Below the pieces are notes generated by a model, which saw only the letters and a program-made list of their open reading frames with translations, made no database searches and had not been told where the DNA came from. A stretch of 64,000 nt of DNA from a virus (taxonomy: Duplodnaviria; Heunggongvirae; Uroviricota; Caudoviricetes). Shown here in pieces: positions 28,121 to 38,349 of this stretch. The stretch is from IMG/VR virus record IMGVR_UViG_3300047323_000678, one strand, 5' to 3'. The translations under genes and the position numbers were made by a program. How positions within the stretch are numbered: the first letter of the stretch is position 1; each line of letters begins with the position of its first letter.

Positions 28121-29002
28121 TTATTCAAAATAAACAATAGGATGAACTATAGATTTTTTTATTGCATTTTTAAATTTTTCAATACATAAAAATATTTCTT
28201 GTTCCCTATACTCATAATCAGAGTTACCAATCATTCTAAATTCAAAATATCTTTTATTACTAGGACTTTTTTTCTCCGCTACAGCAATGTTCTTTTTTAC
28301 ATTACATAAAGAAGAAAGAAATGCTGTTTTAATCATTTCATAAGAATTTTTTTTATTATCAAAGAAAATTTTTGCTCTTTTCTTCTGTCCATCTAACTTA
28401 AAATTAGAAAACTCATATGTAGTGACAAACATTGAATCTTTATGTATATGACCTAACCATTCATGAAATGTTTTTGGAACTGTTCTGCGCTTATTAATAG
28501 TAAGAGGAAATCTTCTATGATAAGTAGATTGGCAATAAACATTATTTATGCGATTGAATTGAGAAAGAATTTCATCTTGAGGTGTGTGATGAAGGATAGA
28601 AAAATAATCTAAGTTTTTATTAGTTTTTCTATCAACACAACTAATATTAACATGGAATGCACAAGTGTCATTAGTCATGACATTGGTCGTTTTCTGCATC
28701 CAAGTTAAAATATTTCTTAAAAGATTGATGGAATCTATTTCTTTTAAAGGCTTAGTAATAATCTCTACACCAAAATGCCCATTTCTAAAATTTTTATTAA
28801 ATGTAATAGATGGGTCATCAGTAATATATTCAATAAACTTATATTGAACACCTAAAAATTTTTTAAGACTAGCTTTAACATCCATAAAAATGAACTGTTC
28901 AAAGTATTTTATTTTATTGATGTTTTTAGATTTTTTAGGTTTATCTATCTGTTCAATAGGCTCCCATCCAAATTCAAACTCATAACCAATTAAAAAATCC
29001 AT
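28121..29002 (-). CDS. putative amidoligase (COOH-NH2 ligase-type) protein
   Basis: IGYEFEF, VEIITKPL, NDTCAFHVNIS, YFEFRMIG motifs. Confidence 0.7.
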   Translation of the reverse strand: MDFLIGYEFEFGWEPIEQIDKPKKSKNINKIKYFEQFIFMDVKASLKKFLGVQYKFIEYITDDPSITFNKNFRNGHFGVEIITKPLKEIDSINLLRNILTWMQKTTNVMTNDTCAFHVNISCVDRKTNKNLDYFSILHHTPQDEILSQFNRINNVYCQSTYHRRFPLTINKRRTVPKTFHEWLGHIHKDSMFVTTYEFSNFKLDGQKKRAKIFFDNKKNSYEMIKTAFLSSLCNVKKNIAVAEKKSPSNKRYFEFRMIGNSDYEYREQEIFLCIEKFKNAIKKSIVHPIVYFE

Positions 29003-29134
29003 ATTAATTCCGAAAGTGTATCGGAATTATATACTATTTTATTAATAAAAATAAAGTTTATTTTTAGAAATAATTAGAGTGTCTAAATATTGTCCATAAA
29101 AGAAAGCCCCTAGAAAGGGGCTATTGTAAATCAC

Positions 29135-29455
29135 TTAAACTGCAAAATCGTCTTTATTGCCACCTTTAGACAGAATGGTTTGCATCCATTTTGGGGTCTT
29201 CCCACGCCCGGTCCAAGTAGCACCAGTCTCAGGGTCTTTAAACTTCACATCGGGCTTTTTACGGCTATGGACAACCTTTTGTGGCTGATAATCCGAAAGA
29301 GCTTCTTCATCAAAAAGGTCTTGAGGGGAAATACCATATTGTTGAATCTTAGCTTTCATTTCATCAATGACCTCCCCGATGCGAAGCATATCAGCTTGCT
29401 TACGGAGCTTTTCAATCTGAGTCATCAGAGTTTCGTAGCTAATATTATTTCCCAT
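29135..29455 (-). CDS. hns: H-NS family nucleoid protein
   Basis: KFKDPETGATWTGRGKTPKW; N-terminal LMTQIEKLRKQA...IQQYGISPQDL coiled coil (Betaproteobacteria-like); GGAG RBS before ATG 29455. Confidence 0.9.
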   Translation of the reverse strand: MGNNISYETLMTQIEKLRKQADMLRIGEVIDEMKAKIQQYGISPQDLFDEEALSDYQPQKVVHSRKKPDVKFKDPETGATWTGRGKTPKWMQTILSKGGNKDDFAV

Positions 29456-29916
29456 AATAATCTCCAGTCTTGGTTTAATTAAAAACAAATAAATTTAAAA
29501 TAATCGGAACTTAAAAATTTTTTACTGTAGAGCTTGGACTCAGCACAATTTAATTAGTTCCACTTAATGCGATAATTATTTTAACTAAAAAGCTACTCAA
29601 TGTTGCGCGAGGTATGTGGCCATTATAAGTAAAAATATCTACATCGCCCCCCCTAGTAGGACTATACCTACTATGAATATGTAGTCTCTAGACGACATTG
29701 TGTAGGACTGAAAATTTATCAAAATCATCAAAAAAAGTACATTAAATTTTAAATTATTTGTATGTTTTAAGGATATTTTATGTAAGTCGTTGATTAGAAA
29801 GGATTTTTCTCAAATAAAAAAATTGGATTTTAGCATTAAAATGCTTTTCCTATTGGAAATTTTGAGTTATAATGAGTCCATTAGGAAATAAAATTCAATA
29901 GAGAAATAATTTAAAT

Positions 29917-30726
29917 ATGCAGATTCAGTTTAATCCTACAAAAGCAAGCGAACTTTCGGAAATGCTTCTGATACACTCCTTTGATGTGTATCGTGGCTTT
30001 ACTTCGAAATATCGTGGTTTTGAGGTTCCGAATCTGACAGAAGAAGTTAAAATGAAGATTCTACATAAGCTGAGTCCTTCAAATTATCTTAAAATCCCTC
30101 CGTTTGAACAGTTTTGGAATTGGTTTAAAAAAAATCACGGAATGACTTTGGTTGCACAAATGTGCGAATTTCTCTTCCCAGAAGATGAAGAAGAATGCCA
30201 AAAAATGATTAATCGTGTTCGTAGCAATAAAGACCACTCATTTTGGAAGCATATCAAAGCACGCATTTATAAAAAATGGTGTTCCATTGTCACCGAAGCT
30301 CAGTGTGTATATGCTACTGTGCAGGGTGTAGAGTCAACCAAAAAAGACTGGAAAGTATTTGCAAGTGCTGAATTGGATGCAATCGGTATCGACTTTGTGG
30401 TTGTGAATGATAAAGAAGTAGTTCCTATCCAAGTGAAAAAGGATAGTTTCTCTGCTTATTCAAAAAATAAAAAGAATACCGATGAAAATCTAAGCCGTTA
30501 TAGCCTTACTAAAAAAGCGACTAAAATTCTTGAAAAAGAAATGGCTAAAAATAAGGTTGAAAAACCTATTGGTCAAGGTTTGCTACTAAAATACGGCTTG
30601 ATGAATAGTGGCTCTTTGCCTTATGAATACTTGGCTCAATACAACAATGGCTTTGTGTATTTTAAAGGTGAGAAACTGGTCAATACTCTATTTGGTTGTT
30701 TTAATGAAGTAGTAGAAACAGAGTAA
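29917..30726 (+). CDS. putative PD-(D/E)XK nuclease-fold protein
   Basis: ELDAIGIDFVV...VPIQVKK motif. Confidence 0.55.
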   Translation: MQIQFNPTKASELSEMLLIHSFDVYRGFTSKYRGFEVPNLTEEVKMKILHKLSPSNYLKIPPFEQFWNWFKKNHGMTLVAQMCEFLFPEDEEECQKMINRVRSNKDHSFWKHIKARIYKKWCSIVTEAQCVYATVQGVESTKKDWKVFASAELDAIGIDFVVVNDKEVVPIQVKKDSFSAYSKNKKNTDENLSRYSLTKKATKILEKEMAKNKVEKPIGQGLLLKYGLMNSGSLPYEYLAQYNNGFVYFKGEKLVNTLFGCFNEVVETE

Positions 30727-31117
30727 TTTTTTAGATAAATTTAGGGAGTTATAGTGGAAAGCTTTATAAGCTAAAACCATTATAACTCTCTTTTCTTTTA
30801 TCTAATAATAAATTTTAAGCTATCATAACAATAGTTTCTTGGAATCAACTCCATAAAATATTTTAATATACAAATTAGATAGATATAGTCTATCAGTTTT
30901 AGCTTATATAGATATAAGATAATCTTAATCGTGCATACAAAATCAATAGTGTTTACTCATGGAAATTTATAACTAAATAAGAAAATTTTAATTGCTTTTA
31001 TGGTAATTTGATAAAGCTATTTGAAATATTTAAATTAAATAAATAGTTAAGCCTATAATCCGTTGACAAAAAATTGTTTTTAAGTAATCTCGTCTTATTA
31101 TTTTTATTGTTTACAAG

Positions 31118-31894
31118 ATGAGAAAAAAAGTACTGATTTCCTTAGTTTTTAGTGTTTCTTTGAATATTCCTATTGTTGCATTTGCTCAGCAACCAGGAAG
31201 ACTAACAGCAAATATTCCTGCCATTCGTGGTTTAGTATTAGAAGAAGTGCAATTTGACTGTGCGGAATTCAAACCAAATTTAATTACAAAATTTCTTTGG
31301 AAAGAAGGTCCAACTCGTGGATTGCTGTATAAAAAGTGTTTAGAGCAAACTCAAGATGATGAAAAATTTGAGAAATATAATGAGTCAATGATTAATGATT
31401 CTAATATTGGAGACTTATCAAATGATATTAAAAATGCTCAAACAAAATTAACCATATTAACTTTAACTACTGCACTTAAAAATTATTTAATGGACCCAGA
31501 AACTAATGAGGATAAAATGGTTTTAATTAAAAACGCAGTAGAAAATTTTAAACAACATTATGTTGAGAAAAAGTCTTTAATTGATAATGAAATAAAATCC
31601 ATGAAAAATAAAGAAAACAGGCGTGGTTTAGAACTTGTTTCAATTATTGAAGAAAATGAAACTGAGCTAGGTGAAAATATTGATTCTACAATTAAATATA
31701 TGGAGTTTGTTTTAAAAGATAGACATGCATATGTTGCAGCACATAATAAATTTTTACCTAAGATTTATGTTGACCCTAAACATTTCTTAGATGCAAATCT
31801 TTCTAAGTATGAATGTGAATTTCTTAGCATAAATATTGGAGAAAATTGGAATCGTATGAAAAAGGGCTTGCAAATTACTTGTGGTAAAAAATAG
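31118..31894 (+). CDS. exported hypothetical protein
   Basis: Signal peptide ...VAFA; TTGACA promoter upstream. Confidence 0.7.
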   Translation: MRKKVLISLVFSVSLNIPIVAFAQQPGRLTANIPAIRGLVLEEVQFDCAEFKPNLITKFLWKEGPTRGLLYKKCLEQTQDDEKFEKYNESMINDSNIGDLSNDIKNAQTKLTILTLTTALKNYLMDPETNEDKMVLIKNAVENFKQHYVEKKSLIDNEIKSMKNKENRRGLELVSIIEENETELGENIDSTIKYMEFVLKDRHAYVAAHNKFLPKIYVDPKHFLDANLSKYECEFLSINIGENWNRMKKGLQITCGKK

Positions 31895-31981
31895 ATATTA
31901 TTTAACAAGATTGATTATTAAATTATAAATAGCTATACTATTGCATTGCACCATACTTTATAGATAGGACCTAGTTTTTTT

Positions 31982-32116
31982 ATGAAAATCAAACAAATTC
32001 TCAAATATTTGGTTTTTTACTCATTAGGTCTTACTCTGCTAGGACTAGCAGTTCTTCAAATTATATTAGCAGATTCTGCTGTGGGATTCCAGAGCATGCC
32101 TCTTTGGACACCTTAA
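31982..32116 (+). CDS. small membrane peptide (44 aa, not in ORF track)
   Basis: MKIKQILKYLVFYSLGLTLLGLAVLQIILADSAVGFQSMPLWTP*. Confidence 0.5.
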   Translation: MKIKQILKYLVFYSLGLTLLGLAVLQIILADSAVGFQSMPLWTP

Positions 32117-32141
32117 TTATGCTAAGAAATAATGCCAAGAA

Positions 32142-32378
32142 TCAATCTTGGCATTTTATTTTTTGTAGCATATTATATGCTTCATTTTTATTTTCAAAAA
32201 TAATTGGGCGTTTTTCCGCATCTAAAATTGGTACATTTTTGTTAGCAAACCAAAATAATTTTTTTGGAAACACAAGAACAAATTTTGCCATATCTGGTTG
32301 CCAAAATTTTAATCTCTTTTTTTGTTCCAAAGTCAGTTGAGACAACAAAATTGTTTCATCTAGATTCATGTCGTTCAC
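32142..32378 (-). CDS. hypothetical protein
   Basis: 78 aa ORF. Confidence 0.55.
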   Translation of the reverse strand: MNDMNLDETILLSQLTLEQKKRLKFWQPDMAKFVLVFPKKLFWFANKNVPILDAEKRPIIFENKNEAYNMLQKIKCQD

Positions 32379-32527
32379 CCAGTATTTTTTTATTTATAAA
32401 TTATTTTTCTTAAAAACTCAAATTTAGCCGTATAATTAGAGTCTTAATAATAACATATAATTAGGATTTTTTCATTTCTATGTTATACTACCTATATCAA
32501 CCAACAACCTAAGTTCTAAGGAAAAAT

Positions 32528-32785
32528 ATGCAATCCACAAGATATATTGATAAAGAAAAAGTTCTTCAATTCCAAGAATTGGTTAAAGCTTTTGATCTGC
32601 GTTTTATTGGAAATCCAATTTATACTGGAGAGAAAGCATTAGTGACTATTGATGGTAATGGTCTTCCAATGGAACAGTGCAATCAATTTTTTGCTGCTTG
32701 GAATAGGGTAAACACTCCAATTCGTGAAATTCCTAAAAAGACAAAACTGCAAAAACTAACCAAGAAATTGAAAGGTTGGTTTTAA
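32528..32785 (+). CDS. hypothetical protein
   Basis: 85 aa, AAGGA RBS. Confidence 0.7.
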   Translation: MQSTRYIDKEKVLQFQELVKAFDLRFIGNPIYTGEKALVTIDGNGLPMEQCNQFFAAWNRVNTPIREIPKKTKLQKLTKKLKGWF

Positions 32786-33169
32786 ATGGATAATTTTGAC
32801 CATTTCCTTAATTTTGAAGGCTCATTGTCAATTGAACAGATTGGTAATGGTCTAACAAAGTATGGAGATGGTAAATTCTATCTTGATCATGGAACAGTTT
32901 TTATTGAGCTTGATGGATATAATCATTTCAATGAAATGACAAATAGAACAGAATTTATCGGAATTGTTGAAGTTAAAACATCAGAAATTCAGAAAATGTT
33001 TGAATTAGTATTACTTCCTAATCCTGCAATGGATGAATTTGAAGTATATGTTAATCAACAATTCAAAGAACTAGATATTATATTAAAAAAAATACAATTA
33101 GAAAAAGAGCTTAATCAAGAACTCAAGCAAGATCTAGAACCTAATAAAAATAAATATTTAAAACTGTAA
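32786..33169 (+). CDS. hypothetical protein with basic tail, tandem paralog 1
   Basis: 127 aa; LNFEG...KYGDGKFYLDHGTVFIEL; ends KYLKL. Confidence 0.75.
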   Translation: MDNFDHFLNFEGSLSIEQIGNGLTKYGDGKFYLDHGTVFIELDGYNHFNEMTNRTEFIGIVEVKTSEIQKMFELVLLPNPAMDEFEVYVNQQFKELDIILKKIQLEKELNQELKQDLEPNKNKYLKL

Positions 33170-33172
33170 ATC

Positions 33173-33556
33173 ATGGAAGAAATTCTAAATTATCAAGGTA
33201 AAGTCCTAATCAGGCAAGACAGTTTTGCAAATGAGATTGTTCGTTATGCAAATGGTTATTTTCATATGAATAATGGTGAATTATTTGTTGAACTACTTGA
33301 AAAATCCCCATTTAAAAATTTTCAATTTAGTAAAAGTCGTTTTATTGCTCAAGTAGAAATACAAGAGCCTAATTTATTTAGAATTTTTGATTTAAATCTT
33401 GAACCAACTGAAATGAAATTTTTTGAACAAGAAATTCTACAATTTAAAGTAGAAATAAATAATGATTTTAAAACATTTAAATCATATTTGGAGAAAAAGC
33501 AGTTGGAATACGAACTAAATATTAATAAAGAGAAACATAAAGTTAAAAAAATTTAG
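33173..33556 (+). CDS. hypothetical protein with basic tail, tandem paralog 2
   Basis: 127 aa; LNYQG...RYANGYFHMNNGELFVEL; ends KVKKI. Confidence 0.75.
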   Translation: MEEILNYQGKVLIRQDSFANEIVRYANGYFHMNNGELFVELLEKSPFKNFQFSKSRFIAQVEIQEPNLFRIFDLNLEPTEMKFFEQEILQFKVEINNDFKTFKSYLEKKQLEYELNINKEKHKVKKI

Positions 33557-34497
33557 TTGCTTTTGATTGGGACTTGAATTTTCACAATTACACCTGTTGG
33601 CTCATTAGGTGCCATAATAAATTCAGCATTTCCATCATAAAGCATTTGTAATCTATTCTTAATATTATTAAGTGCCATACCATTACCAGAATTTTTGGTA
33701 AATCCTAAACCTGGTCCTGTATCTTTTACACTCATTTCTAAAAATCCATCAATTTTTTGAGCAGATAGAGTAATAACTCCACCATTGATAGATTCCTCAA
33801 TACCATATTTAATGGCATTTTCAACAATAGGCTGAAGCATCATTGTAGGGAAATGCTCAGATTTGAGTTCATTACTAATATCATATTCTACTCTTAAGCG
33901 TTCTCCCATTCTGATTTCCATGATATCCAAATATGCATGGATATTTTCAATCTCTTTACCTAAAGTATTAAAAGGTAAGTTTTCACGAGCTTGAGGTAGA
34001 GAATATCTTAAATATGTTGTTAAATTCATCAGCATTTGAGAAGCTTTTTTCTGATCAGATTCAATTAGAAAATGTAGAGATGAAAGTGTATTGAATAAGA
34101 AGTGTGGCTCAATTTGTGCTTGCATGACTTGAATTTTAGCTTCTACTAATTGACGCTTAAGTGTTTCTTTTTCAGCATCTACTTTAGCAATTTGAACTTT
34201 TTTATCTGCATCAATTTTAGTTTTAGCAAAAATTTTAAGTCCAATAGATAGCCAAATAAATATAACCGTTAGATTGTTAATAATATTTTGCAGGAAAGTG
34301 CGTGAAAACATATTTCCAACAGCGTCACTAATAATACTAAATAGAATAATAAAGATTACAAATTTTTTCCATGAAAGACTATTAATCCAAACAGAGAATG
34401 CTTGGAAATCTTTTTTGCATTGTTCCTTGAAACAAGGCATTCTCTGTTCAATCCATGTAGTTAACTTGGCGATTAATTCTTTATTTCTAAAATGCAT
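33553..34497 (-). CDS. LytS/YehU-family sensor histidine kinase
   Basis: QAQIEPHFLFNTL H-box, LQPIVENAIKYG N-box, DTGPG, GNGMALNNI; 2 TM. Confidence 0.93.
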   Translation of the reverse strand: MHFRNKELIAKLTTWIEQRMPCFKEQCKKDFQAFSVWINSLSWKKFVIFIILFSIISDAVGNMFSRTFLQNIINNLTVIFIWLSIGLKIFAKTKIDADKKVQIAKVDAEKETLKRQLVEAKIQVMQAQIEPHFLFNTLSSLHFLIESDQKKASQMLMNLTTYLRYSLPQARENLPFNTLGKEIENIHAYLDIMEIRMGERLRVEYDISNELKSEHFPTMMLQPIVENAIKYGIEESINGGVITLSAQKIDGFLEMSVKDTGPGLGFTKNSGNGMALNNIKNRLQMLYDGNAEFIMAPNEPTGVIVKIQVPIKSN

Positions 34498-34540
34498 ATA
34501 TTACTCTTTCTTGCCAATTTTATTTTCACTACGCTATATA

Positions 34541-34792
34541 TTATTCAACTGTTTTAAACTTTCTATTATTAAGTAATTTAATACCAATTGAAATAAAAGC
34601 AAGTAGTGCAGCTAAATTATCAAAGAAGTTATGTCCGCCAGTAAGATCTCCAGTTAAACCACCAACTATCATAAGAATAAGTAAAAAGATTAAAAATTTT
34701 CCTGTAGTTAGTGTATTTAAAAAATCAGTATAATTAATTAATGATTCTTTAAACCAAGCTGAAAAGCTATTGTTATTATTATTATCTGACAT
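34541..34792 (-). CDS. small membrane protein resembling the kinase N-terminal TM domain
   Basis: FKE...KFLIFLLI...DNL...ISIGIKL aligns with kinase FKE...KFVIFIIL...NNL...LSIGLKI. Confidence 0.7.
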   Translation of the reverse strand: MSDNNNNNSFSAWFKESLINYTDFLNTLTTGKFLIFLLILMIVGGLTGDLTGGHNFFDNLAALLAFISIGIKLLNNRKFKTVE

Positions 34793-34822
34793 GATATGTC
34801 TCCTTTTATAGTTATTTAATAA

Positions 34823-35053
34823 TTATGATGATGCCTTTGGTAATTTCTTACCTACTACATATACTGTAGCAATTTTGGGATTAATTCCATTTGTTGCTAC
34901 TGCCTTAACCTGTGGAATTTCTTGTTGCATTGTTTGGCTTATATTTTGAGTGTGTGCTTCTTTGCTACCAAAGGAAGTCACTATCAAAATTACGAAAGTT
35001 GCAAAAAGAGTTGTGAAAAATTTGTTTTCAGTATTTTGTGTATTCATGTTCAT
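34823..35053 (-). CDS. small exported/membrane protein
   Basis: 76 aa, GGAG RBS, TM then IATVYVVGKKL. Confidence 0.7.
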   Translation of the reverse strand: MNMNTQNTENKFFTTLFATFVILIVTSFGSKEAHTQNISQTMQQEIPQVKAVATNGINPKIATVYVVGKKLPKASS

Positions 35054-35510
35054 TTAAAATCTCCGTTTAAGTTTAGTTAATATTATATTAGGTGCTTTGC
35101 ATTAGATAATCTAGTGCTATGCGATGTACTGCGCAATTCGAGGTATAAAATGCAAATATCAAGGATAGAATGCGTGAGATACTGCATTGCAACAAATTGA
35201 ACACCCTATTAAATAGGAAAAAAACAAAAATGCAAGTGTAAATTAATACATTTTTTCTCTATATTAGGGTTCAAATAAATATTAATATTTTAATTTAAGA
35301 ATAAAATTAATATTTGAACCTTTTAATCAAAATAAAATATGTAGGTAATAATAATTGTTAGTGATAAATTGCTTTATGATGTATTTTTGTAAAATTTTGT
35401 AGCTGAACTAAAGTTTTTGATAAATATCAAAAAAAATCCCCATATTAATTTTGTTGTGTTATACTGTGTTCCTCAAAACATTGTTTAAAACTCAAATAAG
35501 GAAAAGAATC

Positions 35511-35996
35511 ATGACTACTTTGATTGATACAGTAAAAAAAGCAAAAATCCAAGCTTTCAAAGATAAAGATGAAGTAAAGAATACTCTGCTTTCTACAGTC
35601 ATTGGTGATGCAGGCACCAAAGCAAAAAATGATAAAGATCGTCCAGTTGCTGATGCCGATGTTGTAAGTGTGATGAAAAAAATTCTCACTGGTATTGAAG
35701 ATAATTTTAAAACCTTTGAGAAGTATCCTGTCACTAAGGCAGAAGATATTGCTAAGCGAGAAGTAGAAACAGTCAAAATGAATAAAGAAAAGGCTATTCT
35801 GTTGGAACTTATTCCGCCTACTCCCAACCAAATGACTGAAGATCAACTTCGTGCTGAAATTCAAAAAATCATGCAAGAGCAATCACTGGCTAGCCCTAAA
35901 GCAATGGGTGTGATTATGAAAGAACTGAAGGCCAATTTTGCAGATCAGTATGATGGTGGTATGGCATCTAAACTTGCAAAAGAACTTCTAGCTTAA
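35511..35996 (+). CDS. GatB/YqeY domain protein
   Basis: KAKIQAFKDKD..., EKAILLELIP..QMTEDQL, MGVIMKELK...DGGMASKLAKELL; ATG 35511 with AAGGA RBS. Confidence 0.9.
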   Translation: MTTLIDTVKKAKIQAFKDKDEVKNTLLSTVIGDAGTKAKNDKDRPVADADVVSVMKKILTGIEDNFKTFEKYPVTKAEDIAKREVETVKMNKEKAILLELIPPTPNQMTEDQLRAEIQKIMQEQSLASPKAMGVIMKELKANFADQYDGGMASKLAKELLA

Positions 35997-36016
35997 ATAA
36001 ATTAAGATATAAATAT

Positions 36017-36036
36017 AGGGGCTTCGGCCCCTTTTT
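36017..36036 (+). terminator. intrinsic terminator
   Basis: AGGGGC-TTCG-GCCCCTTTTT. Confidence 0.9.
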
Positions 36037-36053
36037 CATATAGAGGAGAATAA

Positions 36054-36248
36054 ATGAAAGATAATGATTTCGATAAACACATTGATTGGACAAGTCTTAA
36101 TGAAAAATTTAAAGAACATATGCCAAGAAATAAAACCTTAATTGCAGTAATGCCACAGCATCCACCAATTCGTCTTCTAAGTAATTTAACAGAAGGTATT
36201 TATCCACCAAGAGAGATGTTTTTTTTCAAAAAAAACAAAAATAAGTGA
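36054..36248 (+). CDS. hypothetical protein
   Basis: 64 aa, GAGGAG RBS. Confidence 0.6.
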   Translation: MKDNDFDKHIDWTSLNEKFKEHMPRNKTLIAVMPQHPPIRLLSNLTEGIYPPREMFFFKKNKNK

Positions 36249-36619
36249 TGAAAAAATTTATTATATTTTTATTTTTTCTAAGCTCATTGAATTTAGCTTA
36301 TGCTGAAAATCATTCTACAGCTAAAGTAAGTGTAAATGTTGTCAGTCTAAACTCTATTAATATTAGGAAGCAAGAGAACACTCTAGATAAAAACATAGAA
36401 GTATTAAGCAAATATGAAAATGAAGTTTGTCCAACAAAATTTTTTGTGAAGATAACTAAAAATAATATAACAACTCAATCTGAAACATTTGGAACATGTT
36501 CTGATATAGCTAGAATTAAGATAACTGAAAATAAAGTACTTATTTCAATGCCAAGCAGTGATGGGTCTTATGTTACTTATATATATGACACTATAAAATT
36601 AAAACTAGAAAACAAGTGA
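36245..36619 (+). CDS. exported hypothetical protein
   Basis: Signal peptide ...LAYA; CPTKF...SETFGTCSD Cys pair. Confidence 0.65.
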   Translation: MMKKFIIFLFFLSSLNLAYAENHSTAKVSVNVVSLNSINIRKQENTLDKNIEVLSKYENEVCPTKFFVKITKNNITTQSETFGTCSDIARIKITENKVLISMPSSDGSYVTYIYDTIKLKLENK

Positions 36620-36778
36620 GAGCAACCAAAAGTTTAAATCATTAAATTTCTAGTCAACTTTGGCAAAAAGACAAAACAACTTCAAGGTGATATTTTTACT
36701 TAAAATATAAAAAAGCCCTAAAGTTTCGTATTTATATGCCGATAACCGCGTACAACCACTATAAGGATCTTTGTTTTT

Positions 36779-37096
36779 ATGAAAAAATTTGTATTTGCTG
36801 TAATTATGACATTAGGTGTTGCTTCTTTTGCAAATGCAGGTAGTGCTATTATTGATAATAAAACAACTTGCAAGCCGGAATACCCTAAAGCTTCCCTTAT
36901 GAATGAAGAGCAAGGAACTGTTGTATTAAATCTTTTAGTTCATCAGGATGGAAGTGTTTCAGATTCAAAAGTTGAAAAATCTAGTGGTTTTAAAAATTTA
37001 GATAAAGCAGCCCAAAAAGCTCTTGCAGCTTGTAAATTTAAGCCAGCAGCAAAAGAAGAGTGGCAAACCATTGAATATAAGTGGACTTTAGAGTAA
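36779..37096 (+). CDS. stand-alone TonB C-terminal domain protein with signal peptide
   Basis: KPEYPKAS...EEQGTV...V..DG.V...VEKSSGF..LDKAA..A...CKFKP. Confidence 0.88.
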   Translation: MKKFVFAVIMTLGVASFANAGSAIIDNKTTCKPEYPKASLMNEEQGTVVLNLLVHQDGSVSDSKVEKSSGFKNLDKAAQKALAACKFKPAAKEEWQTIEYKWTLE

Positions 37097-37181
37097 CCAT
37101 CTACTTTTACCATAAAACCTCTAGCCTAAAACTAGAGGTTTTTTTATAGACAAAAAAAATAAATAAAATTAAAAAAAAAAC

Positions 37182-37209
37182 TGTACATTTTTTTAAAAAG
37201 GACTATAAT
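37182..37209 (+). promoter_or_regulatory. TGTACA-N16-TATAAT promoter
   Basis: TGTACA 37182-37187, TATAAT 37204-37209, then AACTACATC. Confidence 0.7.
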
Positions 37210-37266
37210 AACTACATCAGCAAATAACTGATTAAATTTAAAAACCACTAATAAGGACGAAGGAAA

Positions 37267-37470
37267 ATGAAACAATTTGATATCTACACCGAACTGAAAA
37301 AAGAAGACCGTAAGTTTGGCGAGAAATCTAGCAAGGCATCACCGAAAGACCACAAAAAGCGCATTAAGCATGCTGATAATTTCAGCAAAATGCGCCCTTC
37401 CGATATCATCGCAATGGGTGATGATCTAGGAGATGAATTTGAAGAAGAATTTGATATGGAAGCAGCTTAA
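37267..37470 (+). CDS. small charged protein (basic N-half, acidic C-tail)
   Basis: 67 aa, AAGGA RBS, own promoter and terminator. Confidence 0.75.
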   Translation: MKQFDIYTELKKEDRKFGEKSSKASPKDHKKRIKHADNFSKMRPSDIIAMGDDLGDEFEEEFDMEAA

Positions 37471-37686
37471 TAGTAATAAAGTATTACAGAGCTAAAAGTA
37501 CAGAATAATGAGCAAAGTCCCAAGCCAAGTGCTTGGGATTTTTATTTGTGCTGGCAATAAAAATAAAATTTGAAATATTTGCTTACAAAGTGTTATTGAT
37601 TTCAGATTAAATATAAGTAAACCTATAAATAAGAGTATTCGTTAATACTCCTGTAAGACACACAAATTTTAAAGGAGACATGTGTT

Positions 37687-37926
37687 ATGAAAAAAATTTC
37701 AATGATTGTTGCTTCAATGTTAGTTACTGTTGCTGCTCAAGCTGCTGAGCCTGTTGCTACCCCTGCGGTTGCTGCTACTCCAGCTACCCCGGCTGCACCT
37801 GTAAAAGTTGAAACTGCAAAACCAGTTAAGCATGTAAAACACACCAAGCATATTAAAGCAGAAAAAGCTACCCCAGCGACTCCTGCTACTCCAGTTGCAA
37901 GCACTCCTGCTCCTGCTGCTAAGTAA
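37687..37926 (+). CDS. exported Ala/Pro/Lys-rich low-complexity protein
   Basis: AAGGAG RBS, signal peptide, ATP repeats. Confidence 0.75.
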   Translation: MKKISMIVASMLVTVAAQAAEPVATPAVAATPATPAAPVKVETAKPVKHVKHTKHIKAEKATPATPATPVASTPAPAAK

Positions 37927-38034
37927 TCTAGTAAGAAATAATAAGAAAAGCCCCTTAAATGGGGCTTTTTTATTTTTATAGTAATTTAAAAAAAAGATGT
38001 TATAATAAATTTCTATTATTCTTAGGAGAAAATT

Positions 38035-38262
38035 ATGAAAAAAATGATCTATGCATTTATTTTAATGATGTTTGTCAGCTTTTCTAGCTTTGCCCAGGAT
38101 AATAGTAAAGAAAAAATTGATAAAAAGCCTGTTCAAATGGACTCTCATGAAGCATCAGCAGCAGTATTAGGCGGTGGAATTGTTATTCTTATCTTATTGT
38201 CATATGGTATTAGTGTTATTATGGAAAAGCGTGAGAAAAAGAAGTCTAAAGAAAACTCCTAA
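38035..38262 (+). CDS. small exported protein with C-terminal TM
   Basis: Signal peptide ...SFA, TM, basic tail. Confidence 0.7.
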   Translation: MKKMIYAFILMMFVSFSSFAQDNSKEKIDKKPVQMDSHEASAAVLGGGIVILILLSYGISVIMEKREKKKSKENS

Positions 38263-38277
38263 AATAATTAAAATTGC

Positions 38278-38305
38278 TGTACAAAAAATTTCGGTCTGTT
38301 ATAAT
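38278..38305 (+). promoter_or_regulatory. TGTACA-N16-TATAAT promoter (extended -10 TG)
   Basis: TGTACA 38278-38283, TGTTATAAT ending 38305. Confidence 0.7.
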
Positions 38306-38349
38306 AGCCTTACAGCAAGAAAATTTTAATTAACTCTCAAGAGAAAATA

